The translations under genes were made by a program, and so were the position numbers. From Alphaproteobacteria bacterium (GTDB lineage: Bacteria > Pseudomonadota > Alphaproteobacteria > UBA7985 > JBMYWL01), in contig JBMYWL010000001.1 in assembly GCA_049607365.1 (NCBI GenBank), positions 4,188-36,980 of the forward strand: a DNA stretch of 32,793 bases, in the 5' to 3' direction. Shown one piece after another: positions 9,076 through 18,900 of this stretch (position 1 is the first letter of the stretch; each line of letters starts with the position of its first letter). Under the pieces are notes generated by a model. The model was given only the letters and a program-made list of their open reading frames with translations. It made no database searches and was not told the origin of the DNA.

Positions 9076-10074
9076 ATGCTTCGCCCACTATACCCTGCAA
9101 GACCATCTTACCACACAGGTCATTTACCAGTCAGTGGTGACCATAAGATATATTATGAACTTTCTGGCAACCCAAATGGCCTTAATGCCGTATTTCTACA
9201 TGGTGGTCCCGGTGGGTCTGTTAGTCCCTCATCACGACGTTTTTTTTCATCTGAAGCTTATAATCTTTGTCTGTTCGACCAAAGGGGCTGCGGCAAATCC
9301 GAACCTTTTTGCCAAACGCAAAACAACACAACGCAAGATCTTATTAACGACATCGAAGCACTACGATCTCACCTAGGCATCGAAAAGTGGCTCGTGTTTG
9401 GGGGGTCATGGGGGTCAACTCTAGCGCTTGCATACGCTCAATCTCACCCCGACCGGGTTTTGGGGTTGGTACTAAGAGGTTTGTTTTTAGGCACCCAGTC
9501 AGAAATTGACTGGTTCATGACTGGTCCCAAATGGACACACCCTGAAGTTTGGCATCCCTTTGCCGATTTCGTCAAAGAAACCCAAGCAATGCCAATATTG
9601 GAAGCTTATTGGCAAAAGCTAACCTCGACCGATCACGAAACAAGGTTAGGCACGGCCCGCAGCTGGAGTGTGTATGAAACTTCTCTTGCGACACTACACC
9701 CCAACAGTGATGCCCGAAGCATGGCCAGATCCCCCGAAATAGCTATGCCAATCGCCCTATTGGAAGCGCATTATTTCAGAAACAAAATGTTTCTTGAACC
9801 TGATCAACTACTACAAAACCTCGAAAGCATTATCCATATTCCCACCGTTTTGGTACAGGGACGTTATGATGTCATTTGTCCCACCTTCAACACATGGCGA
9901 CTTCGCGAAGCTTGGACAAAGTGTGAGGAAGAACTGCCAAACAAAATCATACATGAACAATCCAACTTACAGATACAAATCGTCCCAGATGCAGGCCATG
10001 CCAGTTTTGAACCTGGAACAACCACGGCTTTATTGAATGCACTAGACAAATTCTCAACTCGGTTTAGATCATGA
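9076..10074 (+). CDS. pip: proline iminopeptidase (S33 alpha/beta hydrolase)
   Basis: 332 aa. It has the oxyanion region LHGGPGGS, the nucleophile elbow GGSWGSTLA, and a C-terminal DAGHA histidine motif. Confidence 0.88.
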   Translation: MLRPLYPARPSYHTGHLPVSGDHKIYYELSGNPNGLNAVFLHGGPGGSVSPSSRRFFSSEAYNLCLFDQRGCGKSEPFCQTQNNTTQDLINDIEALRSHLGIEKWLVFGGSWGSTLALAYAQSHPDRVLGLVLRGLFLGTQSEIDWFMTGPKWTHPEVWHPFADFVKETQAMPILEAYWQKLTSTDHETRLGTARSWSVYETSLATLHPNSDARSMARSPEIAMPIALLEAHYFRNKMFLEPDQLLQNLESIIHIPTVLVQGRYDVICPTFNTWRLREAWTKCEEELPNKIIHEQSNLQIQIVPDAGHASFEPGTTTALLNALDKFSTRFRS

Positions 10075-11312
10075 GACTTTTTAGCTTAATCACCACACTA
10101 TTGGTTTGTTGGTCCTACCCTACGCTGTGCCAAACCAACGAGATTGTCATCACCTTTGCGGGTGACGTGAATTTCAACAGGAGTGGTCAAAAACCAGAAG
10201 CTAAGGGCGCACGAAAAGCCGGGTTCCACACTTGGACGGAATTGAGTAACAAAATTGAACATCTGTTCGACGGAGATATCAATTTCGTAAACCTTGAAAC
10301 AGTTGTGACCGACAAAAATAACCTTCGTCCCGCGAATAAAAAATTCGTTTTCCAAAGCCACCCTGCAAGCTTGAACCATTTACAAACTTTAGGCGTCAAT
10401 CTTGTCTCAGCCGCCAACAATCATGCATATGATTACCGTTGGAAAGGCTACAATGAAACTCATAAGCATTTGAAAAATAGCGGGGTCAATTTTGCCGGTA
10501 TCGGCCTTCGAAAAGATATTCTACAACCAACCATATTTGAACATAAGGGCGTGAAAATTGCCTTTAACGCTCTGTCGTTCCTGTCTGACCCATATCCAGC
10601 ATCTGATACACAAGTTGGCATTCTCAACCTTCGCAACCGCAAGCATTGGCGTGAAGTCATTAAAAACCTAGGTCAGGTCAAAGCCGACATAAAAATACTG
10701 TCTTTACACCAAGGAATTGAACGACAGGTCACACTGGAAGGTGGGGTTCGAGCCAATTTTACCAAGGCGGTTAAAGACGCTGGCATAAATTTGTTGTTAG
10801 CACACCACCCTCATGTTGCTCGTGGTGTGGAACGCGTGTCCGAAACTTCCGTAATTTATTATGGATTGGGTAACTTCTTAATGTTGGGTGCCCGCAACAT
10901 GGGCCCATTGCCCAACGCACAGGATTATGGCCTGTTTGGAAAGGCGTATTTCCAGAACAAAGATGACGGTCTTTGGACTGTTGCGGCATTGGAAGCTCAC
11001 CCGATCACAGACATGCACTTAAAACCAAAACCCATGAAAGCCAAAGAAGGAACGGTACGACTCAAGTTGTTAAACAAACTAAGCCGCAGGACATCTAAAA
11101 ACCAAGCGGTAAAATTTCACATATCATCTTCAGGTGTGGGGTTAGCTTGTTTCATAAAGGCAGAAAGCTGGCCCTATATCTCTGCTGAACAGACAGATAC
11201 ACGCAGTCACCGGATTTGCAGTGACAAGGCAAAAAACGTCGTCATTAAACCAAACTATAAACCACGTTGGCGACAGCCAGCGCCAATCACCGAGTTACCA
11301 TTTGGGATTTGA
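10071..11312 (+). CDS. CapA/PGA_cap-family metallophosphatase-like exported protein
   Basis: 413 aa. It has an N-terminal signal peptide (LITTLLVCWSYPTLCQ), the motifs FAGDVNF, NLETV, ANNH and LSLHQG, and LLAHHPHV typical of the CapA family. Its ATG overlaps the pip TGA (ATGA at 10071-10074). About 70 aa at the C-terminus are unassigned. Confidence 0.75.
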   Translation: MRLFSLITTLLVCWSYPTLCQTNEIVITFAGDVNFNRSGQKPEAKGARKAGFHTWTELSNKIEHLFDGDINFVNLETVVTDKNNLRPANKKFVFQSHPASLNHLQTLGVNLVSAANNHAYDYRWKGYNETHKHLKNSGVNFAGIGLRKDILQPTIFEHKGVKIAFNALSFLSDPYPASDTQVGILNLRNRKHWREVIKNLGQVKADIKILSLHQGIERQVTLEGGVRANFTKAVKDAGINLLLAHHPHVARGVERVSETSVIYYGLGNFLMLGARNMGPLPNAQDYGLFGKAYFQNKDDGLWTVAALEAHPITDMHLKPKPMKAKEGTVRLKLLNKLSRRTSKNQAVKFHISSSGVGLACFIKAESWPYISAEQTDTRSHRICSDKAKNVVIKPNYKPRWRQPAPITELPFGI

Positions 11313-11335
11313 CTTCTTTTGGAGTCCAGGTCGCC

Positions 11336-11974
11336 TTACTGAAACCCTTGTAAAAGTGAGTTCCCAAAGAAAACCTTTGTCACTTTTTGTGGTTGATCAT
11401 TCTCCACGAGAGGCCGGGATACATTGCTTTTCAAATCAGAAATTGGTGGTAGAATTTCGCGCTGAATTTGCTGGCTTTTCATATCTTCATTAAAACCGGT
11501 GTAAAGTGTCACAAACTTTAAAGCGGCGTGATATGCGGCGCGTCCGCTTTTTTCTTCCTTAGTTTCATCACCATGTGCAGCATGCCCAACTTCGCCTGCG
11601 ATACGCCGAACGTCACAACTGATAATTTCACATTCAACTTGCCAAGCTGGCGCAAGTCTTGGCGGTGCTGCAAAAATCATAGATTTATTTGAATTGGCAA
11701 TGACGACAAAGCCCGGACCTTCGCCTGTCACCCTTAAACCTGCCATTATACCCGCTTGGTGTTGGGCTTGAACGCCTGTGGGCTTAACCTGCAATTCTTT
11801 TGGAAACGCTGGCCAGAACGGCAACTTTTCTTTCTTTACGACTACAGACCCTGCAGCAATCACACGCTGACTTGGGAATACGGAAAGAGTAACAAGGCAT
11901 CCAATCAGCAAAATGACACCCAAGCTGCGATGCAATAAGGCTAGTGATTTTGGCCTGATTGATTCAAACCTCAT
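11336..11974 (-). CDS. hypothetical membrane-anchored or secreted protein
   Basis: I place the start at ATG 11974, preceded by GGAG 6 nt upstream. The ORF track extends to GTG at 11986. 212 aa. It has an N-terminal hydrophobic segment (LGVILLIGCLVTLSVF). I recognise no family. Notable segments are WQVECEIISC and VGHAAHGDE. Confidence 0.55.
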   Translation of the reverse strand: MRFESIRPKSLALLHRSLGVILLIGCLVTLSVFPSQRVIAAGSVVVKKEKLPFWPAFPKELQVKPTGVQAQHQAGIMAGLRVTGEGPGFVVIANSNKSMIFAAPPRLAPAWQVECEIISCDVRRIAGEVGHAAHGDETKEEKSGRAAYHAALKFVTLYTGFNEDMKSQQIQREILPPISDLKSNVSRPLVENDQPQKVTKVFFGNSLLQGFQ

Positions 11975-12013
11975 TGAAATCTCCACATATGGTAGTCAGG
12001 TGCGTGGCACGGT

Positions 12014-12023
12014 TTTCGCGAAA
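12014..12023. promoter_or_regulatory. perfect 10-bp palindrome TTTCGCGAAA in a divergent promoter region
   Basis: Read directly from the sequence. It lies in the 124-nt gap between the hypothetical gene (start 11974) and the DUF3131-like gene (start 12099). It is a candidate operator only. Confidence 0.3.
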
Positions 12024-12098
12024 CCACAGGGTATAGGCTTCAGAGGCAAAACTGATGCCTAAATTTACAAAATTTAAATTTTGGACCAATAGTACCCA

Positions 12099-13865
12099 AT
12101 GACACAACGCTTAAAAATCAAATTGAATTTGGGTCTTGTCCTTTGTGGCTTATTGGCAATTGCAAACACAAACGCCCAACTTCTTCAGGGTTTTGAACCA
12201 AATCCTGAATTTGAGCAAACACGCCCAATTAACGGTGATCCAAACACCACACCTGTCTTTAATCAAACAACCACGAGCTTCCAAGAAGGCAGCCTTTTAT
12301 TCAGTGACCTGACCACACCTGCGGTTGATTTGGATCGGGAAGAGCTACCTGCCAGAGCTACCCATGCAACAGTTCAAACGCTAAATGCAAAAGAACGCGC
12401 CATTGCGCGAGCTGCTTGGTCGTATGTTGAGAACAATACGAATCAGGCTTCAGGGTTTGTGCGCGCTGTCGAAAAAGGTGAAACTTTAAGTGTTTGGGAC
12501 TTGGGCAACGCCATTGCCGCAATTGAAAGCGCACGCCGTCTTAACCTAATTTCAAAAGTGGACTATGACCAAAGACTTCGCCAGCTGATTAGCAGCTTGG
12601 CAAAGCTTGATACATACGAAGGTCTACCCAACCATGTGATTGACTTTAACACAGGCCGTCACCCCGACCCAAGTGAACTCATATCAACCGACCCTATCAA
12701 CCATCAGGTGGACTTCACAAAACCACTAATCCCCAAGGGTGTACAATCTAAAGATATAGCCTATCTTTTGGTGTGGTTGGAAGCGGTCAAGCGTGGCGCA
12801 CCATACCTTGCGAACCCCATTGATGCGCTGGTTTCAAACTGGAATTTCTGTGACCTACAAAACACCAGCGGGCAGTTTCTGAACAAATACCAATCAAGCA
12901 ATGTTTCCTTTAACCAACCAGTTCAAGGGCTGGGTTATGATGCCTTTACACGAAAGGCTTTTAGTCTTTGGGGTTTTGAGACCGCTGGCGCAAACATTAA
13001 CGTAATGAATTCTTACAGGTTTAAGGGGGTTGAATTACCCATACCAGTTTACACGAACCAACCCACAACCGAGCTTGCCACCATTTATAGCGATACATTT
13101 TTTCTGGATGGCCTGTTATTTGGATGGGACCAAACAGGTGATGTTGCGAGCGAGCTGATGGAGTTTAGTGACGGTTGGCGGGCGGAAATTGCACACAGAT
13201 TGTACCAGCTTCAATATGAACGTTATAAGGAAACAGGTGTGCTAACGGCCAAATCATCCGTTTATGACCCGCAAAGCAAGTTGTCTGTGTCTGATAAAAT
13301 CGGGTACACTTTGCAACCCATCTTTAGCCGTGGTGTTCCTTTCAACACGACCGACACCAACGCGATCCCCAAGCCAAAACTTGCCAGTCTTTCAACTAAA
13401 GCTGCTTACAATTTGTGGGCCCTGTGGGACACACCCTACACGAGGTTGCTAAAGGAAGCTGTTGGCGATTCCTATTCCCGGTCTCGTGGTTTCCCCGAAG
13501 GCATTTATGAAAACTATGGTGGGAAAATTGATGCCTATAGCTTGGACACAAACACCATGATTCTTATGGCCCTGGCTTACCGGCACAAAGGGCCCCTAGT
13601 TCCCAAAGCTAACAGCAACATGCCGAGTGCTTGGAACACCAAACGCCAAAAGCCGTCGTTGCAACAAACACTTTGTTTACCCAAACCTGCTCAGACTAAA
13701 CTGACAAGTTTTGACCCATTTCAATTGTTTGACAAACAACACAATTCCTCAACTACATCTTTGTCTTCACTGGTTTATCAACACTGTGACCCTGCGAACA
13801 ACAATGCCTTTGATTCTTCGGAAGATATAAAAACTGTTAGAAACTGTCGCTTTTTCGAGAATTAG
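12099..13865 (+). CDS. exported DUF3131-like protein, possible (alpha/alpha)6 glycan-active fold
   Basis: 588 aa. Signal peptide LVLCGLLAIANTNA/QL. The family call is from memory of DUF3131-type sequences (WDLGNAIAAIESARRLNLI..., many W/Y-rich helical segments). No SD precedes the ATG. The C-terminal ~90 aa are low complexity. Confidence 0.55.
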   Translation: MTQRLKIKLNLGLVLCGLLAIANTNAQLLQGFEPNPEFEQTRPINGDPNTTPVFNQTTTSFQEGSLLFSDLTTPAVDLDREELPARATHATVQTLNAKERAIARAAWSYVENNTNQASGFVRAVEKGETLSVWDLGNAIAAIESARRLNLISKVDYDQRLRQLISSLAKLDTYEGLPNHVIDFNTGRHPDPSELISTDPINHQVDFTKPLIPKGVQSKDIAYLLVWLEAVKRGAPYLANPIDALVSNWNFCDLQNTSGQFLNKYQSSNVSFNQPVQGLGYDAFTRKAFSLWGFETAGANINVMNSYRFKGVELPIPVYTNQPTTELATIYSDTFFLDGLLFGWDQTGDVASELMEFSDGWRAEIAHRLYQLQYERYKETGVLTAKSSVYDPQSKLSVSDKIGYTLQPIFSRGVPFNTTDTNAIPKPKLASLSTKAAYNLWALWDTPYTRLLKEAVGDSYSRSRGFPEGIYENYGGKIDAYSLDTNTMILMALAYRHKGPLVPKANSNMPSAWNTKRQKPSLQQTLCLPKPAQTKLTSFDPFQLFDKQHNSSTTSLSSLVYQHCDPANNNAFDSSEDIKTVRNCRFFEN

Positions 13866-13935
13866 GACCGACTTGATACCTACCCGACTTGTGTGAGCGT
13901 CAAAAAACACCGCACCACTGCATCCCTCCTATTCT

Positions 13936-13963
13936 CACACCCTAAAAATAGGGTGTGTTTGTT
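13936..13963 (+). terminator. intrinsic terminator after the DUF3131-like gene
   Basis: A perfect 9-bp stem (CACACCCTA / TAGGGTGTG) has an AAAA loop and is followed by TTTGTT. Confidence 0.7.
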
Positions 13964-13990
13964 GACCTTTCTGTTGATTTTTCTTATTCT
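13962..13990 (+). promoter_or_regulatory. candidate sigma-70-type promoter for gltD
   Basis: TTGACC (13962-13967), a 17-nt spacer, then TATTCT (13985-13990). It sits about 60 nt upstream of the gltD ATG, directly after the preceding terminator. Confidence 0.4.
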
Positions 13991-14051
13991 AGCTTTCCGA
14001 ATTGGTGGAGTCTCGCCGTCAATTCAGTCACCAGTTTAGGATTAAGATCTT

Positions 14052-15491
14052 ATGTCTAGCCGCATGTTACAGTTTGTTTCCAAAGACAGAAAAATGCCGG
14101 AAAAACGCACCGCCGATGAGCGTAGGCAAGACTTTGGTGAAATCTACAATGCCTATGACAAGGAAGTCGCACGCGAGCAAGCCAGCCGTTGTTCACAGTG
14201 TGGTGTACCATATTGCCAAGTACACTGTCCTTTATCAAACAATGTGCCTGACTGGTTGAAAATGGCTGCGGACGGTCGCATGCAGGAAGCATACGAAATC
14301 TCCAGCGCGACCAACAACATGCCAGAGATCTGTGGACGCATTTGCCCACAAGATCGTTTGTGCGAAGGCAATTGCGTCATAGAACAAGCTGGCCATGGAA
14401 CTGTAACAATTGGCTCGATTGAAAAACACATTACCGAAACCGCCTTCAACGAAGGTTGGGTAAAGCCGATCACCCCGCGTCAAGAGCTTGAGAAATCGGT
14501 GGGTATCATCGGTGCTGGACCTGCGGGCTTGGCAGCCGCTGAACAATTACGCAAAAAAGGTTACCAAATTCACGTCTATGATCGCTATGACCGATCTGGT
14601 GGTTTGCTAACTTACGGCATTCCCGGCTTTAAACTAGAAAAACCGGTTATGACCCGCCGACATCAGCTAATGTTGGATTCAGGCATCAACTTCCACCTAA
14701 ACGTCGATATTGGTTCCACAACCACATTGGCCGACCTCCGTAAAAAACATGATGCTATTTTAATAGCCACGGGTGTTTACAAAGCGCGTGATCTGGCGGC
14801 ACCTGGTTCTGGTACTGACGGCATTATTCCAGCGCTAGATTTTTTAACCGCACACAACCGCAAGGACTTTGGTGACGCTGTGCCTGATTTTGATTCTGGA
14901 CGCTTGAATGCCAAAGGAAAAAATGTCGTGGTTATTGGTGGTGGCGACACAGCCATGGATTGCGTACGCACATCAATTCGCGATGACGCTAAAACTGTTA
15001 AATGTTTGTATCGTCGTGACCAAGCCAACATGCCTGGCTCACAGCGCGAAGTTCAAAACGCAATGGAAGAAGGTGTTGAATTCGTTTGGCTTACAGCACC
15101 GGAAGCTTTCCACGGTGACAAGACTGTGAGCGGAGTTCAGGCTGTTACGATGCACTTGGGTGCAGCAGATTCCACGGGGCGTCAAAACCCGGAGCCTGTT
15201 GAAGGTTCATCTCACAAAATTGAAGCTGATCTGGTCATTAAAGCATTGGGTTTTGACCCTGAAGATCTGCCAAACATGTTCAACGAACCGGAACTTAAGG
15301 TGTCTCGCTGGGGTACTGTGTCGGTGTCATGGAAAACCATGATGACCAATTTGCCAGGTGTATTCGCTGCTGGTGATATTGTACGTGGTGCAAGCTTGGT
15401 TGTTTGGGCAATTCGCGACGGTCGTGACGCTGCCGAAGCCATGCACACTTACATAAGCGAACAAGCAACTGCACAATCTGAAGCTGCCTAA
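14052..15491 (+). CDS. gltD: glutamate synthase (NADPH) small subunit
   Basis: 479 aa. It has N-terminal Cys clusters (CSQCGVPYCQVHCP; CGRICPQDRLCEGNC), Rossmann motifs (GIIGAGPAGLAAA and VVVIGGGDTAMDC), and a C-terminal AAGD. Confidence 0.93.
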   Translation: MSSRMLQFVSKDRKMPEKRTADERRQDFGEIYNAYDKEVAREQASRCSQCGVPYCQVHCPLSNNVPDWLKMAADGRMQEAYEISSATNNMPEICGRICPQDRLCEGNCVIEQAGHGTVTIGSIEKHITETAFNEGWVKPITPRQELEKSVGIIGAGPAGLAAAEQLRKKGYQIHVYDRYDRSGGLLTYGIPGFKLEKPVMTRRHQLMLDSGINFHLNVDIGSTTTLADLRKKHDAILIATGVYKARDLAAPGSGTDGIIPALDFLTAHNRKDFGDAVPDFDSGRLNAKGKNVVVIGGGDTAMDCVRTSIRDDAKTVKCLYRRDQANMPGSQREVQNAMEEGVEFVWLTAPEAFHGDKTVSGVQAVTMHLGAADSTGRQNPEPVEGSSHKIEADLVIKALGFDPEDLPNMFNEPELKVSRWGTVSVSWKTMMTNLPGVFAAGDIVRGASLVVWAIRDGRDAAEAMHTYISEQATAQSEAA

Positions 15492-15492
15492 T

Positions 15493-15990
15493 ATGAACTT
15501 CAGTTTTCGTCCCGCCGAAGATACTGATTCCGAGGCTATGATACACATAATCGGTGCATGTTACGCACTTTATGACAACTGTGTTCTGGATGTTGATTTG
15601 GAAGAGCCTGAACTGCGCGCACCTAAAAGCTTATTTGCCGAACAAGGTAAAACCATGTGGGTTATGACGCTTGATGGAAAAGTGGTTGGTTGCGTTGGAC
15701 TTAGTGATCCCAATTTCCAAACAGGTGAGCAGGAACTTCTGAAGCTCTACCTTGACCCTGATGAACATGGTCAAGGTTTGGGTAAAGAGCTGGCAGGATT
15801 TGCGATCAAAACCGCTGTTGAATTACTGTGTCGAAAGCTGGTGCTTTGGACGGATACGCGGTTTGAAACCGCTCACAAACTATACGAGTCCTTTGGTTTC
15901 ATACGTGCCAAAGAAACCCGTGATCTAAACGATATATCAAACACAAGTGAATATTTTTATTCTCTAAATTTGGAGCCCGCACATGTCTGA
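15493..15990 (+). CDS. GNAT-family N-acetyltransferase
   Basis: 165 aa. Acetyl-CoA-binding motif A is present (LYLDPDEHGQGLGKELAGFAI), with a following YESFGF segment typical of GNATs. It starts 1 nt after the gltD stop, and its stop overlaps the gltB ATG by 8 nt. Confidence 0.8.
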   Translation: MNFSFRPAEDTDSEAMIHIIGACYALYDNCVLDVDLEEPELRAPKSLFAEQGKTMWVMTLDGKVVGCVGLSDPNFQTGEQELLKLYLDPDEHGQGLGKELAGFAIKTAVELLCRKLVLWTDTRFETAHKLYESFGFIRAKETRDLNDISNTSEYFYSLNLEPAHV

Positions 15991-18900
15991 AAACAAATTT
16001 GACCATGTTGCTTATCGCCAGCAGTGGCAAGCAAACCAAGAACTATTGAACAATGCGGGCATAAATACCAAAGAGCATGATGCTTGCGGGGTTGGTCTAA
16101 TCGTTGATTTGAACAACACAGCACGTCGTGATGTTGTAACCCGTGCCATTGAAGCCTTGAAGGCAGTTTGGCATCGCGGTGCTGTTGACGCAGATGGTAA
16201 AACTGGCGACGGCGCTGGCATTCGCTTGGGAATTCCGCAAAGCTTTTTCCGCGAACACGTTGAACGCACGGGTCACAAGGTACCTGAAAATGCGAACATT
16301 GCGGTAGGCATGGTTTTCCTACCCCGTACTGACGGCGCTGCCCAGGAATTGTGCCGTACAATCGTTGAACGCGAAATTATTCGTGCAGGTTTGAAAATTT
16401 ACGGTTGGCGTCAGGTCCCAACCGACCAAACAGAACTTGGCGAGAAAGCAAACGCTACACGCCCTGAAATCGAACAAATTATGATCGAGGTCGGCCAAAA
16501 TCAGGACCCGCATGATTTCGAGCGTAGATTATACGTCATCCGTCGTCGAATTGAAAAAGCGGTCAATCAGGAAAATATTGGCGACTTTTACATTTGCTCT
16601 TTGTCGAACCATTCGGTCATCTACAAGGGCATGTTTTTGGCGGAACACATCGACTCGTTCTACATCGACCTGAAAGACCCGCGTTTTCAATCAACCTTTG
16701 CTCTTTACCACCAGCGTTACTCCACCAACACATTTCCAACTTGGAAATTGGCCCAACCCTTCCGCGTTTTGGCACACAATGGTGAAATCAACACCATTAA
16801 AGGCAATGAAAACTGGATGGCATGTCATGAAACCCGCATGGGTGCCGACATTTTCAGTGACGATGAAATGGACGCGATTAAGCCTGTAATCCAAAAAGGC
16901 AACTCCGACTCAGCATCTCTTGATGGTGCAGCCGAATTGTTGACCATGTCAGGTCGAAACCTGCCATTTACCAAATCCATGTTGGTGCCAGAAGCTTGGG
17001 CGCACAACAAGCTGATGCCGCAAGCACACAAAGACATGTATGCCTATTGTAATTCAGTTATGGAACCGTGGGATGGTCCAGCAGCCCTATGTGCAGTTGC
17101 AGGTGACTGGGCAGTTGCAGGTCTTGACCGTAACGGTCTGCGTCCAATTCGTTACGCCATCACTGGTGATGGCATGTTGATAGCAGGTTCTGAAACCGGC
17201 ATGGTTCGTGTTGACGAGGCAGAGATAAAACTGAAAGGTCGCGTTGGCCCGGGCCAGATGATTGCAGTTAATATCACCGAAGGTAAATTTTACACTGACA
17301 ACGAAATAAAAGACGAACTTTCAGCAACCTTGCCGTTTGGCAAATGGGTTGGCGACATAACACATCTGGACGACATGCTTGCTGATGCCAGTGGAGATGC
17401 CAACAGCTTTGAAAACCAATACGATGCTAAAGGCTTGCGCACCAAGCAGCTGGAATACGCGCAGTCAGTCGAAGATTTAGAGCTTATTTTGCAGCCAATG
17501 ATTGAGACTGGAAAAGAAGCTTTGGGTTCCATGGGTGATGACACGCCTATGGCTGTAATCTCGGAGTCATATCGTGGCTTGCACCACTATTTCAGACAAG
17601 GGTTTTCGCAGGTTACCAACCCACCAATAGACTCCTTACGTGAATGGAAGGTCATGAGCCTTTCTACACGCTTGGGCAACCTTCGCAATGTATTGGAAGA
17701 CTCCAAAGACCAGTGTGACATTCTTCAACTTGAAAGTCCTGTTCTTACCAACAACGACCTTGCCGTTGCACGTAAATTCATGGGCAAAACGGCTTTTGAA
17801 ATCGATTGCACATTTGAAGTTGCGGACAGCAAAAATACAGTATCGGGAATAACCCTACAAAAAGCACTTGATCGCATTCGTATGGAAGCTGAGCAAGCTG
17901 TTAGGCGTGGTTGTTTGCACATTATTTTAAGCGACATGAACACATCTGCGGATCGTGCGGCGATCCCCATGATTTTGGCAACGGGCGCGGTACACTCTCA
18001 CCTTATGTCATCTGGTCTTCGCACTTACACATCTTTATGCGTGCGTTCAGGTGAGTGCTTAGATACGCAGTTCTTTGCAGTTCTTGTCGGTGTTGGCGCG
18101 ACCACAGTTAACGCCTACTTGGCAGAAGAGAACATCATCGACCGTCACCGCAAAGGTCTGTTTGATGACTTAAGCCTCGCCCAGTCAATCGCCAACTACA
18201 AAGAATCCATCAATCAAGGCTTGCTCAAAATCATGTCCAAGATGGGCATCGGTGTTATTGCCTCTTACCGCGGTGGATACAACTTTGAGGCCGTAGGTCT
18301 AAGCCGCACATTGGTAAACGAATTCTTTCCAGGGGTGCCAAGCCGGATCTCTGGAATTGGCCTTGCGGGCTTGGAAGCACAAAGCTTAAAGGTTCATGCG
18401 CGTGCGCACGCTGAAGATTATGCTGCCCTGCCAATCGGTGGGCTATATCGTTACCGTAAAGGCGGAGAACAGCACGCTTGGGAAGCGGGCATCATGCACA
18501 CGCTTCAAGCTGCAACCGAAAGCGGTTCTTACTCGGTCTATAAGAAATACTCAGACGCTGTTGGTAAGCTGCCCCCAACTTACCTACGCGATCTACTCGA
18601 CTTCAAATCTGCCGGTCAAAGTTCAAGCGGTGAACAAGGCTTAGACATTGATGAAGTTGAAAGCATCACCGAAATTCGTAAGCGTTTCATTACACCGGGT
18701 ATGTCATTGGGCGCCCTTTCACCGGAAGCTCATGGTACACTAAACGTTGCAATGAACCGCATTGGTGCAAAGTCTGTTTCCGGTGAAGGTGGGGAAATCC
18801 GCAGTCGCTACACACCTGACGAAAACGGTGACAACGCGAACTCGGCCATTAAACAGATCGCTTCCGGCCGTTTTGGTGTTACAGCTGAATACCTAAATCA

